NCBI GenBank assembly: GCA_951406725.2
Contig: OX597814.1
Span: 135,656,001-135,720,000 of the forward strand
Length of the DNA: 64,000 nt
DNA from: Octopus vulgaris
Taxonomy: Eukaryota
Direction: 5' to 3'
Below, piece by piece: positions 1-13,317 of the stretch (positions are counted from its first letter, which is position 1; each line of letters begins with the position of its first letter). Under the pieces are notes generated by a model that had not been told where the DNA came from, did no database searches, and worked only from the letters and a program-made list of their open reading frames with translations. The position numbers and the translations under genes were made by a program.

Positions 1-110
1 CTTTGCCTTTCATCCTTTCGGGGTCAATAAAATAAGTACTTGTCAAGTACTGGGGTCATTGTCATCAACTTGTCTCCTTGTCCAAAAAATTGCTAACCTT
101 GAATCCGGCA
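1..110 (+). mobile_element. SINE family A fragment (core ctttgcctttcatcctttcggggtcgataaa...actggggtc)
   Basis: Same core recurs many times in the window (e.g. 1597-1820, 9335-9545, 22286-22495, 55800-55950). Confidence 0.8.
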
Positions 111-282
111 ACAGACCAGCATCCCATTCATGGGGATGTTATGATCTCTTATATACCTCAGAAACTGGTTACAGCCTTATGAGTCTTGGGGGGTCAAGGA
201 AAAAAAAAAAATTTATTCAACATTTTTGCCACTCTGTTGTACGTTTTTAAAAATAGTGACAGCAGCAGTATTAATACAGAGA

Positions 283-467
283 AATGATATATATCTCCAC
301 TTAAACATGGACGTTCTGTCAGAACAAACTATACTGTGGTAGTTACCATAAAAGAAACTCTCATATTGGCTTTTGGTGCAAAATGCACTCAAGAGTTTCT
401 CTTATGGTAACTACCACAGTATAGTTTGTTCTAACAGAACATCTATGTTTAAATGGGGATAGACATT
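283..467. repeat. Palindromic fold-back element (~70-bp arms, ~30-bp loop)
   Basis: 292-361 tatctccacttaaacatggacgttctgtcagaacaaactatactgtggtagttaccataaaagaaactct is the near reverse complement of 392-461. Confidence 0.85.
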
Positions 468-1596
468 ACCTATTGTACTTTGGCCAGTATTCCATCACTT
501 CTGCCCATCTGTTCTTATAATAAAAATGTCTAACCTTAATCAGTAAGTTTTGGGAAAAGAAGAATTAAATTGACTCCAGTACTCAACTGCTATTTACTTT
601 ATTGACACAGGAGGGATAAAAGTGAAGTCAACTCAGAAGGATTTGAATCCAGAATAGCTAAATACAGTGGGGACTTTTTATCTTCTAGTAATCTACCAAT
701 TCTAATAATAATTCCTCTATTTCCCCTTCCCCAAAAAGAACAATGTAAAAATGCACTAGTGAAAGCAAATGTTTGGAGTAAGTGTTTATAGCCTGGAAAA
801 CGGATATTAAATAATGAGGATATATGTATGTGTGAGTAAAAGAGAAAATATAAACAATCTAAAATTATACATAATACAATCCTACTCATGTATACGTGTA
901 TACACACACAGTATGTGCATGATTGAATATACAAATGGTAAATAGAAATACACACGATATAATATAACAGACAATAAATTTATGAAATGAAATTATTCAT
1001 TGTAACTAGATACAATGTATATACATGTGTAAGTGAATAAAAGAGATTATCACAGTCAGAATCTGCTGTATGAGGGATAACCTGTAGTTAGAGAACATCT
1101 TTAACAGCAATAATACATCATCAACAACTCATTAACACTTGAACCAAGCAAGTGAATTTCTGTATATGGTTGCTAGAAATAACAGCCAAATCAACCTTAA
1201 ATTACTTTTAAAATATCTTCGAACAAGGTATATTGGATAATGTGGTCTTGGGTTTCCTGCATATAGAAAAAAGATTAGGTGGTCATGGCTGGAATAACTA
1301 ACATTGCTTGAGAGATGACCTAGAACACCAACAACAATAATAATACCAACAATAGTGATGTCTAACATAAGTACAATGCACAAATCACAAGGGAGGAATA
1401 CAGTCACTCACATTGATCCCAGTAATTGGTTGATACATATTTTATTGATCCTTGAAAAGTTGAAAAGAGAAGTTGACCTAGCACAGTGGTTCTCAACCAA
1501 GGGCCATATGACATTTGCGGGGGCGGTCAATGTAAGATTTTGTTGATAAAGGTTATGTGCAATAAATTGGTTATACTTGTACAACTTTAAGGTGTC

Positions 1597-1820
1597 AAGC
1601 TGGCTGAATTGTTTGCACACTGGGCAAAATGATTAGTGGTATTAAGTCTACCATTACATTCTGAGTTCAAATTCTGCTGACATCAACTTTGCCTTTCATC
1701 ATTTTGGGGTTAATTAAATAAGTGCCAGTTATGCATTGGGTCGATGTAATCAACTTAATCCCTTTGTCTGTCCTTGTGTGTCCCCTCTATGTTTAACCCC
1801 CTGTCGGCAATAAAGAAATA
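1597..1820 (+). mobile_element. SINE family A, near full length, nested in the hAT MITE
   Basis: gagctggc head, gagttcaaatt B-box-like motif, tail aataaagaaata; matches 22286-22495. Confidence 0.8.
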
Positions 1821-1859
1821 TATACTTCTATGATACACACAAAATATTTAATTTCTTTA

Positions 1860-2215
1860 TGCAATTCCCAACCACATGGTTCTGGGTTCGGTCTCACTGC
1901 ATGGCACCTGGGGCAAGTGTCTTTATCGCCTTGGGCCAACAAAGCCTTCAGTGGATTTGGTAGACTGAAACTTAAAAGAAACTAGTTGTGTGTATGTATA
2001 TGTATGTATGTATGTGTTCCCTGCCACTGCCTGACAACCAGTGTTGGAGTGTTTGTGGCCCTATAACCTTGCAGTTTGGCAAAAGATTGATAAAATAAGT
2101 ATCAGATTTGAAAAACAAAAAAAGTACTGTGGGGTGGTTGATTCATTCGACTAAGAATTTTACAAGGTGGTACCCCAGCATGGCTGCAGTCTAATGACAA
2201 ACAAGTAAAAGGTGA
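1860..2215 (+). mobile_element. SINE family B (tRNA-like head, internal microsatellite, CR1-like tail)
   Basis: cccaaccacatggttctgggttc...caccttgggcaagtgtct...(tgta)n...ccagcatggctgcagtctaatgac; matches 16845-17260. Confidence 0.8.
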
Positions 2216-3339
2216 AAGAATTCCTAGAATATTTAATCATAAAAATATGGATTTTTTAAAAAAATCAAATAGATATGGGGGTCCATTTGAGTAAAATAGG
2301 AATCAAAGGGGTCCATAGGCAAAAAAGGTAGAGAACTACAGACCTAGGTAGAACTTAGTCATAGGACTTTAAAAATAATTACTGTAAGATATTTTGTTTA
2401 AGTTCTGCCTTTTTTTTTCCTGCCATCACCATCAATAAGATTGCTTATTGTTGTTTAGTCTTGGGCCAACCCTGATGCTGAAGACCTATGATCAAAAGCA
2501 TTCCAGTTGTGACCATCCAGTCTTTCACCTATATGTAGAGAATCCACGATCACATAATCCAGTGGGTTTGTTTTTTTAAGCCATGAAAATGGTTTGACTG
2601 TATCTGGCTGCTATTTCTAGCAGGCTAGGTGACACTCCTTCCCTGTAGAGAAACCTCACCACTAGGCTAGGCTCAGCATGATTGTTTATTGAAAGGGTGC
2701 GCTACCCACCTCCATACCATGGTCCCCCAATCCCATTCTTTTTTCCACTCCAGCTGACCCAGTTCAAGGTAGATAATTTTAGTTCTCTTATAAACATGAC
2801 CAGTGTTTAGCTTTCAACAACAAAATTGTTTGTCAACTAAATAAACAATATATCGTATTCTAACCCAACTTACATTTCTTCTCAGCTGTTTTATTCATCA
2901 CAAAAATAATCACGATCACACACACTCACACACATAGCCATTAACAAAATATTAAATAAACATAAATAAAATAAAACAGAGGGAAGAGAGTGTCCAAAGG
3001 TTGAATTGTGTTGGTGATGAAAGCATGATACAGAAATTATACTAAATGAGGAGTTAAAAGATGATATTAGTTTTTAGCCTTGTGCCTTTGTCAAAAGAAA
3101 CCACCCCCATGAAAAGCCTTCCAATGAAAAGCCTTCATTGGGGTTGACCACCTGTATTTAGTGGCTGTTCTAAAAGCAGCCAGTTTCAGCTCCGTTTTTT
3201 GAAAGATAAATTGTTGTATTACACAGCAACATTAACATCTTGTTTTTGACTAAGCAGTCAACTATCAGAATCAAATGGATATCGTATTTGGCTGGGGCAA
3301 GGGTACATTCTCTCATTGCTTCACAGTTTTTCGTTTTAG

Positions 3340-3846
3340 AGCTTGTTTGAACGGAAATGCAGGACCTTAGGCACTGCATATGCAGACAAGATCACAATCA
3401 CATTAAACATCTCAGAAAATGACGTATTCCTCATCAAGGAGCAATGATTGGGACAAGGTGTTCAAATATCGTTCAGAAATTTGCCGAGAGCAAACTGTCC
3501 CTGAAAACCAAGTAGAGATCACCAATGCTTATATTACTTGAAGTTTTGTTTTTTTTGTTAATATTGTTGCTTTTTTTCCTAGGCATTGTTCATGGGCCTT
3601 TTCAGAGCATCTAAAACAGGTGAAAAGGAGGGAGGACGTTATCTTCAAACCAGAGATTTTCTATAAAAATTATTGCCAGCCCCGAACGTTATGACGTTTC
3701 GTACACAAATACGTCTATGTAAACAATGCAATCGAAGATAGAAAATTAGGTAACGAGTGTATATGCAGATTTTAGGAGTTCTTGACCTCTATTAAAGCAA
3801 TGTGTTCGTGGATGATTAATGGGTTGGACGTGGTGCTGAAGAAGGG
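3340..3846 (+). pseudogene. Possible decayed coding fragment with short intron-like spacers, product unknown
   Basis: Acceptors ttcgttttag (3339) and tttttttcctag (3582), donor G|gtaaga (~3846); frame SLFERKCRTLGTAYADKITITLNISENDVFLIKEQ*LGQGVQISFRNLPRANCP*KPSRDHQCLYYLK interrupted only by TGA codons. Confidence 0.25.
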
Positions 3847-4009
3847 TAAGAGCTCCTGAAGCATGCATATTCACCTCTTGCCTATTTTTCTATCTTCGGT
3901 CGAAAGTCTATTATAATATACTGAGTATATATTTTTTAATCCATTAATATATTTGGTAGTATGCTATGGTTGCATAAGGAAATTAATCAACCCAGAGAAT
4001 GCTTGCAGC

Positions 4010-4273
4010 TGACTGAACTCCACCTCTTGGGACATGCCTACAAAGTCAGAAAACAGCACAGCTCCCATGACTTTCGGAAACATTTTTTCACGCTCAGGGT
4101 TGCTGAAGCGTGGAATAAACTGCCTGCATCAGTTGTTGACTGCCATGACACTGCATCCTTTAAGGCCCTCATGCTTCCCGAAATCCGTCGAAACTACACC
4201 TGATTATATATACACTTTAGATGAGTTGTAGTGCACCTGAGTACTGTACACAATTATTATTATTATTATTATT
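4010..4273 (+). mobile_element. CR1-clade LINE 3' end with (ATT)n tail
   Basis: ORF 3961-4203 ends GHAYKVRKQHSSHDFRKHFFTLRVAEAWNKLPASVV, the canonical CR1 ORF2 C-terminus; (att)n at ~4253-4273. Confidence 0.85.
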
Positions 4274-5369
4274 TGGTGCTTTTAGTGATGTTGTCAAACT
4301 AAGTACTATACTTAATCTATCTGCCAAGGATTTGAACCCAGAACACACACAGCTGGGACCAATACTGCAATGCATCTGGTCCAACGTTCTTACAGTCCTA
4401 GTTCCACTAATCCCCTACACGGAATGAATCCCAAAAAGGAAAAGTAAAGTTAACCTTTGTAGAATTTGATCACTGAGCATAGAGTATTTTCTGCTTTAGA
4501 TCTCAAAGTTGTGTGGTGGTTGAGTGTAGTGGTCTAAATTCATGTTTCAATTTAAAGATAGCGGGGGTGAGGTTAGTAATTATCAAGGATTAACGTTTCT
4601 AAAAAAATTTAAGGGGAAATTTTAAGAGGAAAATAAATCTAGATCATGATTGACTTGGATTTTTGTGGGTATCAAAATTGTTATAATTCTCACTCAGTGG
4701 CACCTAGGGCAAGCATCTCTTATGATGGAAACTGATAAGGCCATTGTATCTCTGTGCATGCATGTGCATGAATGTTGTGTCTGAGCAAACTGAGTCTATT
4801 TTTACATTCTCTGGTATCCAAAGATCTCATACTTTCAGTGGTTTCTCTGCTTTCAATATGTGAAAGACCAGTAGGATGAAAATGTCTTATTTGGAAAACA
4901 TATAAAGATTTTCGAACAGGAAGATAATCAGGCCATAGAACAACTGTCTCATTGAATTTTATCAAACCATTGACTCTCATTGTAGATGCTGAAGTGATCC
5001 TGTTAGTAATTGGAGGTGGGGGCAACCTGTCCAGACAGCCACATCAGAAAGCTCCAATGGGGTTGCTTAACTTGCAAGAAAATGCAGTCAGATCTCTCAA
5101 ATTGTGTCATACCACTATTAAGGAAAGGACACATTGAGTAAGGTAATCTTTAGATATAATCCTAAGATAAAAGGGATGGTCACAGTTAAAATGTCTGATC
5201 ACAGATATATCTGACTCAGTTTGATCTGGGGTTATACATCAACAATAACAACCACTGCCTGTCAAGAACACAATACAGTGCCTGGTCTGGTAATAGAAAC
5301 CATGTCCTTGCAATTATGAGTGCTAAGCAAAATTGCTGTCTTCCACACATACAGGCTTGTTCTTTCAGG

Positions 5370-5630
5370 TGCCAGTATCACATAAAAAGCACCCGTGCTG
5401 GTGCTGTGTAAATGCACCCGTGCTGGTGCTGTGTAAATGCACCTGTGCCACTGGCATGTAAAATGTACCCAGCACACTTAAGTGGTTGGCATTAGGAAGG
5501 ACATCCAACTATAGAAACCATGCCACAACAGACAATTGGAATCTGAACAGCTCCCAGCTGGCCAACTTCATGTCAAACCGTCCAACCCATGCTAATATGG
5601 GAAATGGACATTAAACAATGATGATGACAT
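5370..5630 (+). mobile_element. SINE family D ((GAT)n tail, tandem gtgcc/aaagcacc subrepeats)
   Basis: ggttggcattaggaagg...ccgtccaacccatg...ttaaacaatgatgatg; recurs at 12282, 15058, 15490, 57320, 58933, 60791, 62790. Confidence 0.75.
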
Positions 5631-7899
5631 CATCAAAATATCGAAGCTACAAGATATTGCAGGATCAATTCAAAATAATGTGAATAAATAAGTATTACAT
5701 TTGAGAAAGTAATCTGGATGCTAAAGGGATCAAATATCAAATATTTCTTTTCTAATACATCAATGATTGTTTTTTTTTTTCTTTTTCATTTGTTTCAATC
5801 ATTGGACTGTGTCCATGCTGGGGACTGCCTTGAAGAGTTTTAGTCTTGTCAGAGTCCTAGCTGTTGGTCAATTAGTATGTCACCCAATGAACTGATGAAT
5901 GGCAGATGAGGCTCTTCAGCTCTTTAGCTGCCCATCTCAGGGAAGATAATTCCATACAAATCCAGCATCCTGATGACAGTTGGGCTTGTGAAACTTGTCA
6001 GGAGGAAGCAGAGTGGATGTAATACTCTTGACTAGTTTTGCAGATTCTCTAATGCTGGAGTTGTGGGTGGTTGGAAGGGGAGTAATGAAACCATGACTTA
6101 TGGATCAGACTCTAGATCAGAGACTTAAGTCAAAACACTTGCAATAGAGAACTCTATACTAATACTAATATTCATTGTCAGGTTGTTCAGTAAACCAGGA
6201 CACCAGCACCAATGCCTAATTTTCTTCATATGTCCAGTGACAATAGGAAAGGTGTTGATGGGGATCTGTAGGGGATGCTATTGGAAGTCTTCAGCTTTGA
6301 CCCTGCACTCAAGTAGCCATAGACAGTGGATTTTCACTGAACTCTCACTCATACCACTTGTATACATTGTCCTTGGTGTAGAATCATTGAATTCACTAAT
6401 GTTTAATGAAATATAGTGTTGCAACTAAAAGGAATTTTACTGAATCATAATCTATAAAAAAGTTAGATCACTGATGGCTGTTCTTATAAAGTAATTAGGA
6501 ACAAGTCTACTTAGTTGAGTCAGGTTAAAGCTATCAAAGAAATATTACAGTGGGATCTGAACCATACATTGTGAAGGTGCATTGCCTAGTGTTAGAGAGT
6601 TGGGCTCATGATCTTCAGATAGTGGGTTCAAATTCTGGTGTAGACAGTGTGCGGTGCCCATGAAGAAAGTACTTCATTTCATGATGCTCCAGTTAATTCA
6701 GATGAAAATGAGCCCCAGCCAAAGACTGGTTCCACCCCACTCTCTCAAGTTGTTATATCCTGGATTTGCCACTGGATCACAGGGTGTTTGTTCGTGACTA
6801 TACAGGCACCTGAAACAATTAGCAAAAGCATGGTACAGAGTACCAAGTCTTGCTTGCTTCTGAATAATGATTAACGTTTATTGGAAGCTAACAAAACATT
6901 GATTATACAGTTGCTCTGATTTCCTACAGTAGTAAGCTTTAATCACTCATGGCTGTTATCCACATCTAAGCACATATTGGATAAACTAGTCCTAGATACA
7001 CTCTGTTTAGATAAAAGCTGGTATGGTCACAGCTAGAATGTTTTTTAGCATTGACTGTAGATATATCTGCATACCAGAAACTGAATATGAACTCAACTTT
7101 CTGGTTAATATCCACATATCCTTTCAGTTTTGCAATGTGTGATGAGAGAGAAGTAGGAGTGTTTAGTGTGTGTGTGTGCATGTACCAATGAGTACACGTG
7201 TGAAGTATGTTTAAATGTGTGTGTACATGTTAGGTATATTTAACTATGCTTAGAGATATGCTTAAATGTGTAATTGTTGCTGTCAAGAAATGGGAAACTA
7301 CTCTATAGATAAGCTGCAAAGTGTATCGTCCCCTGAATATGCTGTCATACTGCTATAAACTTTGGCAAGAATATGGACAACAGACTACCCCTATCTAGAT
7401 TATCAAGAATACTCATAGTTTTTAAAATGTGACCTTTCCCATAATAACCTTTAGACTTGTATCAAAGTAAAATAAGAATAAATTTCCAAATATTCAAACC
7501 AATAAAAGTATTTAAAGGAAACTACTATCCATTACTTGTTTATTTAACACACACGAGACATCACCCTACTACAATTAATAGGCATATAAATCCAGTTTCT
7601 TTGGTCACTTATCATCTGGCTACTCAAATGTCTGTCCAACCCCAAATAGAAGATCAAACACTGTCACAGATACCTTATGATATGCAGTATGTTAATAGTA
7701 AGGTTAAATTTACAAAAGACATGCAACTCTAGGTTCAAAAAACATTTGTTTTATCAAACTGCGTTTGATACCTCTATCTCAGGCAGACCCACTGTGTGAA
7801 AATCATTTCCAGTCCTGTTTGCTTAAGTACCTTATTTCTGTATAGGAGTTGAAAATTCTGAAAACCTCAGACTTATAGTGTACCTCGAAAATGGAAGAA

Positions 7900-8240
7900 C
7901 ATGGCTTAGTGTATTCAGCTCACAATTGTAAGATTGTGAGTTCAATACCCAACAGTGAATTGTGTCCTTGAACAATACACTTTATTTCATATATTGCTCC
8001 AGTCCACTCTGCTTGCAAAAATGAGTAGTATCTGTAGTTCAAAGTACTAGTATTGCCACATTATGTGTCATACTAAATCTCCCTGAGAACTATTTGGAAT
8101 GTTATTACCAGTACAAATATTGCACTCTCACCCTGAGAACTATGTTAAAGGCATGCATGTCCTTGCCACTTGCACATGAATTTTACTAGCAGGCTGTTTC
8201 ATTGATCAGATCAACCAGAGCACTCTTCATCAGAGTTAGA
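7900..8240 (+). mobile_element. tRNA-derived SINE family C (decayed)
   Basis: ggcttagtg...gagttcaatacc...gtgtccttgaaca...gctccagtccactc; matches 56820-57125 and 32736-33090. Confidence 0.7.
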
Positions 8241-9334
8241 GCCTCCAAAAATGCTCAACTTTATGTAGTCTAAGAAAAAAGATCCATGCTTCACCACACT
8301 ATGCAGTATAATATAACCCACAGATTTGTAAGTGAAACATGTCAGTTCTACCCAAGCATAGAAATTTAGTTCTGTAAATAAATAGAAAAAAATGCTTTTC
8401 AATAAAAAAATTTTTTGATTTAGGAATGAAGCAAGAAAATTTTGAATGGTTAATTTACATTAACCTCAGTATGTGACTGGTATCTTATTTTATCAACCCT
8501 AGAAGGCTGAAAGGTAACATTGACCTCATCAGTATTTGAACTTACACCATAAAGAGCCAGAACAAATACAGCATATTCGCTGACAATAATTCTGCTAATC
8601 TACCAATGTATATAATTATATCTTAGCCACAAAGACGTTGGATGAAGAGGACATTACAAAGAAAAATTACAATTTATATGAAGGTTTACATAAAGTTGCT
8701 TGAGTATGTATAGTATGCAAAATATGAACACAAGTGAAACGGGTATCCTCACACAAGGGAGCTTTCAATTAAGGTTGATCTAGAAACCCCAAAGATTCAA
8801 AATCATCCTGATCACTAAGGGCACATGCCCTTTCCCAACTGTTGTTCTCTGATCTGTGCTTCCACTCAAAACCATTTTTGTTCTTTCACTTTACTTTCCA
8901 AGCAGAACTTGAAAAAAATCAACTGAAGAGAATATCTGTCTAGAATCCTTCAGTCTCATCTATCACACAATGAAAAACTACTTTCCCGGTCCTATTAAAG
9001 AAGAGCAATTGGATGATTTTCTAGATGGACTTAGCCTATAGCTGGGTTGTCTCACATGCAAGAACAAGTCAGTAAAACTTGACCATGTACAAGTGTATTT
9101 AGTACTGTTTCATCGCTGTGAATATCTTAGTCAATAGGGTTTTTTTTTCATTTGATGGCTATTTTTAATTTTTCAGGGGAAAAAAGAAAAAAAAATAGTA
9201 TGGTTGACTGAATAATCCTAGAAGTAACTAGGATGTATTTAACTATAGGGAAGTAAAATAGAAAATTTTTGTAAGTATATCCAAGTTGACATTCACTTCT
9301 TTGATAAAAATACTAGTAATACATTGAATGCAAA

Positions 9335-9545
9335 GGCAGTGAGCTGGCAGAAACGTTGGCACATTGGGTTAAATGCTTAGCAGTATTTTGTCTGTCTTTA
9401 TGTTCTGAGTTCAAATTTGCCAAGGTCGACTTTGCCTTACATCCTTTTGGAGTTGATAAATTATGTACCAGTTGCATACTGGGATGATCTAATCAACTGG
9501 CCCCCTCCCCCAAAATTTCAGGCCTTGTGCCTAGAGTAGAAAAGA
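9335..9545 (+). mobile_element. SINE family A (CpG-decayed)
   Basis: ggcagtgagctggcagaaacgtt...gagttcaaatt...ggccttgtgcctagagtagaaaagaat. Confidence 0.8.
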
Positions 9546-9688
9546 ATACATTGAATGTAAGAGGAATTCAAAATAGTTATCACATTGCTATTAGTAAAAA
9601 TTACAAATCAGTTTTATAGTTTGATACATTAATGTTTAATGCCATGAGAATTAAGATACTCATAAGGAATTCTTTTAAAAAATGCTAC

Positions 9689-10037
9689 CATCAGAAGAAA
9701 TCAGAAACCACTGTCTGATTGTGACAGTGAGTATAGAGATCAATGTCATAAACTTTGGAGAATATTCCTAGAAAGCTATAACTGCAACATAAATTCTCTA
9801 CATTGCTGAAACCATTACACTTCATCCATACATTTATTAACACAAGAACAAGCATGAATGTTACAAAATCATCAAAGTTAGAATTGAGTAGCAGAAATGA
9901 TAAGGCACATGTACTGAAACTATGTTGCAGTCCTAGTTTTCTAGGAATCCTCCCCATAGTTTATGGCACTGGTCACTACACTCACTGTCACAATTGCAAG
10001 GAATGAAATATACAGTTCATGATGATTTCTTCTGATG
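9689..10037. mobile_element. Fold-back/MITE with long imperfect inverted arms
   Basis: catcagaagaaatca (9689) vs tgatttcttctgatg (10023-10037); ~80-bp arm attgtgacagtgagtatagag...gcaacataaattc pairs with gaaactatgttgc...ctcactgtcacaat. Confidence 0.75.
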
Positions 10038-10441
10038 AAAGCCTTTTTTAAAAATTCTTTATTAATATCTTAATTCTTACTGCATTAAGTGTTCATTTAT
10101 CAAACTATAAAACTGATACGTATTTTTTCTTCTAATGGTAATAGGATAGCTATTTTGAATTTCTCTCAAGTTCAGTATCTAATTTTTTTATTTTACAATC
10201 TGCTGTCAAATCCTGCTGATGTTAGCTTCACACCTCTCTTCCCACAAATTGGTCATTATTTAAGAAAACATTAGAATATAGGCCAACAAGAAGCCATTGT
10301 TACTTTCTGCCAACTTGCTCTAAAAACTCCCATTATATTATTAAAAAAACAAATACACACAGAAAATGGAATCCTAAATAACTAGAAATAAAAAGGGAGA
10401 AAATGGGGACATGATGATCATAGGTGGAATATCTTCTTTAA

Positions 10442-10661
10442 CACCTTAGCATTCAAACCGGCCATATCTGGCCAAAATATTGTACTTGCTTTATGTTCAA
10501 ACTGACCAGACCCAGGCTCCCTCACCTGCCCTACAATGGCATTGCAAAAATAAACTATCACATCACCGAAATTTCAAACCTATAAAAGAACGCAGGCTTA
10601 ATGGAAAGCAATTTGACTAAATAAGCATTACATTTGACAGATTAATCTAAATACTCAAAAG
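10442..10661. mobile_element. piggyBac-type MITE
   Basis: TTAA on both sides; decayed c(a/c)ccttagcatt / aatactcaaaag termini; further copies at ~5630-5733 and ~57130-57273. Confidence 0.65.
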
Positions 10662-11269
10662 TTAAGCATGTCTGTTTGATTAGAGTTGAAATGAGGCTAA
10701 ACAATGACTGAGTATGGAGGAGGCACTAAGCTGACAGAAATGTTAAAGTATGAGATTAAAAGTTGCACAATATATGGTGTCAATGCTTTATGGTCTACAC
10801 TTAAGTCATGTCTTGGATCCTTCCAAGAAATGAAATCACCAGTCATTTTCAACACATATCAGCCTTTTGTTATTTTATTAGCTACAAATGTACAAAGCTA
10901 GATGGCATTAATTTATTGAAAATTAAATATTATGAATAGGTTAGTATAATATTCAGTGTGACAAGAATTAGAAAACAAATAATGAATTTTTTTAGAAAGC
11001 CTCTATCAGAAGAGATCATCACCAATAATGATGTATTCCATGATTTGTTACTGTGACAGTGAACATAAAGGGGAGACAAGTCACATTCTAAAAGAAAGAT
11101 TAGAAGAATATCAAGTGGTAATCTATAGGAAGACAGAAAATAAATAAGGCTGGCTGATCATATTCATATATATATATATATATATATATAGATACACACA
11201 TACACACATTCATATATATGTATGTATATAGATATACACACACATCTATAGATAGATATACACACATTC

Positions 11270-12281
11270 ATGAGAGCCTCCCAAATATGAACCCAGTAAA
11301 GGGACCACCTATCTGAATAGACAGCTCCCTAGTAGATAAAGAAATTAAGGGTATGAAGCCAGGAAAAGCCCCCAGTCCATCAGGAATCACTGCTGAGATG
11401 CCTAAAATATCTGGTGGTGTGGGCTATGGCCTAGTCACCCGCATTGTAAACCAGGTAGTTCATGATGGAGTCATACCTAATGACTGGCGTAGCAGCACCA
11501 TAGTCAAATGCTACAAGGGTAAAGGCGATGCTCTAGATAGAAATGACTATAGGGGTATCAAATTGCTGGATCAGGTGATGAAGGTCACGGAGAGGATCAT
11601 AGCCCATCTCATTAGGGAGAGAATCTGCTTAGATGAGATGCAGTTCAGGTAGAATCACCACTGATGCTATATTCCTGGTTTGACAACTGCAGGAGAAATA
11701 CCTAGCTAAAGATAAACCACTATACTTAGCTTTTGTGAACTTGGAGAAAGCCTTTGACAGGGTTCCCCGATCCCTTATCTGGTGGGCGATGCGGAAACTG
11801 GAGATTGATGAATGGCTCCATACAGAGAGGCCGTTAGTAACATTAGGATTGGCAATGAGTATAGAGAAGAATTCCGGGTAGAAGTAGGGGTTCACCAAGG
11901 ATCAGCCCTCAGTCCCCTTTTATTCATCATAGTCCTCCAGGCAATAACAGAGGAATTCAAAACAGGTTGCCTCCGGGAGCTCCTCTATGCTGATGACCTG
12001 GCCCTCATAGCAGAATCACTACCAGAACTAGAAAATAAATTTAGGGTGTGGAAGCAAGGTTTCGAATCAAAAGGTCTTAGAGTCAATGTAGCAAAGACAA
12101 AAGTTCTAGCAGATGTACAGGGGCAATAAACACCACAGATACTCAGAAAACAGATTCCATCACACTCCAGGGGAAGAAACTAGAAATAGTTGATAGCGTC
12201 CACTATCTACGTGACCAAGTTAGTAGTAGGGGTGGATGCTCTGAGAGTGTTACCAGAAAAATAAGAATAGCCTGGGCAAAG
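11270..12281 (+). pseudogene. RTE-clade LINE reverse transcriptase fragment (frameshifted)
   Basis: MKPGKAPSPSGITAEM, YKGKGDALDRNDYRGIKLL, EKAFDRVPR, GVHQGSALSPLLFIIV, LLYADDLAL, GLRVNVAKTKV. Confidence 0.92.
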
Positions 12282-12570
12282 CTAGCACGGGTTGGACGGT
12301 TCGACCAGGGTCTGGGAAGCCAGGAGGCTGCACCAGGCTCCAGTCTGATCTGGCAGTGTTTCTACAGCTGGATGTCCTTCCTAACACCAACCACTCCGTG
12401 AGTGTAGTGGGTGCTTTTTATGTGCCACCGGCACAGGTGCCAGGGGAAGCTGGCAGCAGCCACAATCGGTTGGTGCTTTTTACATGCCACCTGCACGAAA
12501 GCCAGTCTGGGTGGTGCTGGCATCGGCCATGTTCGGATGGTGCTTTTTACATGCCACCAGCACAACTACA
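12282..12570 (-). mobile_element. SINE family D with tandem gtgcttttta(c/t)(a/g)tgccacc subrepeats
   Basis: gggttggacggtt...ggatgtccttcctaacaccaaccac followed by three subrepeats. Confidence 0.75.
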
Positions 12571-13072
12571 ATTTCCATTTGATATTTATTTTGATGTTGA
12601 TGTACTTGACTCAATAGGTCTCTTCAAGCACAGCAGGTCACCCTATGATCCAAGGTAAGCACAGCAGGTCATTCTGCAATCCAAGATACTTTGGATGGGC
12701 TGAGGCTGCTATGAGTTTGCCTTCCTACTTACTATAACTTTGGTCTTTGCTACATTTATTGTAGATATAAATTATTTATTGTGCTTGTTTAATTATTTTG
12801 AAGTGAATGGTGATCTTTTGCTTGTCACCTGAAGTTCGTTAATTTCCATAAAAATATTTTGTTTACTTGTTTTAAAGCCAAAGAGAGAAGAATGGGAAAG
12901 ATGTATATATGTGTATATGAAATGGGACGCGTGTGTGTGTGAGAGAGAGAGAGAAAGAAAGTGAGAGAAAGAGAGAGATACAGACATCCTTTTTGAATGT
13001 ACATGTGCATGTGTGTGAGAGAGAGAGAGAGAGAGTGAGTGAACAGGAGTGTGTTCTCCTGTATGTGTAAGT

Positions 13073-13110
<38 letters not shown>

Positions 13111-13317
13111 CACATTCATACATCTCTGACTTTCTCCTCTCTTTCACTTTAAAACAAAAGTAAATAGACTTTTTTACGGAAATTAACAAACAGAACCAGC
13201 TGATCCAGATGACAGTTCTGACAGTCAAAGCAACAGCTCTTGGACTCAAAGTGAAAGATCGCCCCAAGGGAATATTACAAAAATTTTTTCGAGTACATTC
13301 AACATATCTTAGCACCA

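Larger units (their letters stand above)
1484..2341. mobile_element. hAT/Charlie-type MITE with two nested SINEs
   Basis: Termini cagtggttctcaacc / ggtagagaactacag; flanking 8-mers acctagca / acctaggt (degenerate TSD); subterminal ggggtccat motifs. Confidence 0.7.

Noticed and set aside
8900-9041. Protein-like peptide ENICLESFSLIYHTMKNYFPGPIKEEQLDDFLDGLSL
   Set aside because: In-frame stop just upstream, no convincing acceptor in phase, no recognised homology
12410-12570. Regularly spaced short repeats resembling a CRISPR array (also 5385-5470)
   Set aside because: Degenerate SINE-D internal subrepeats in eukaryotic DNA; no cas genes
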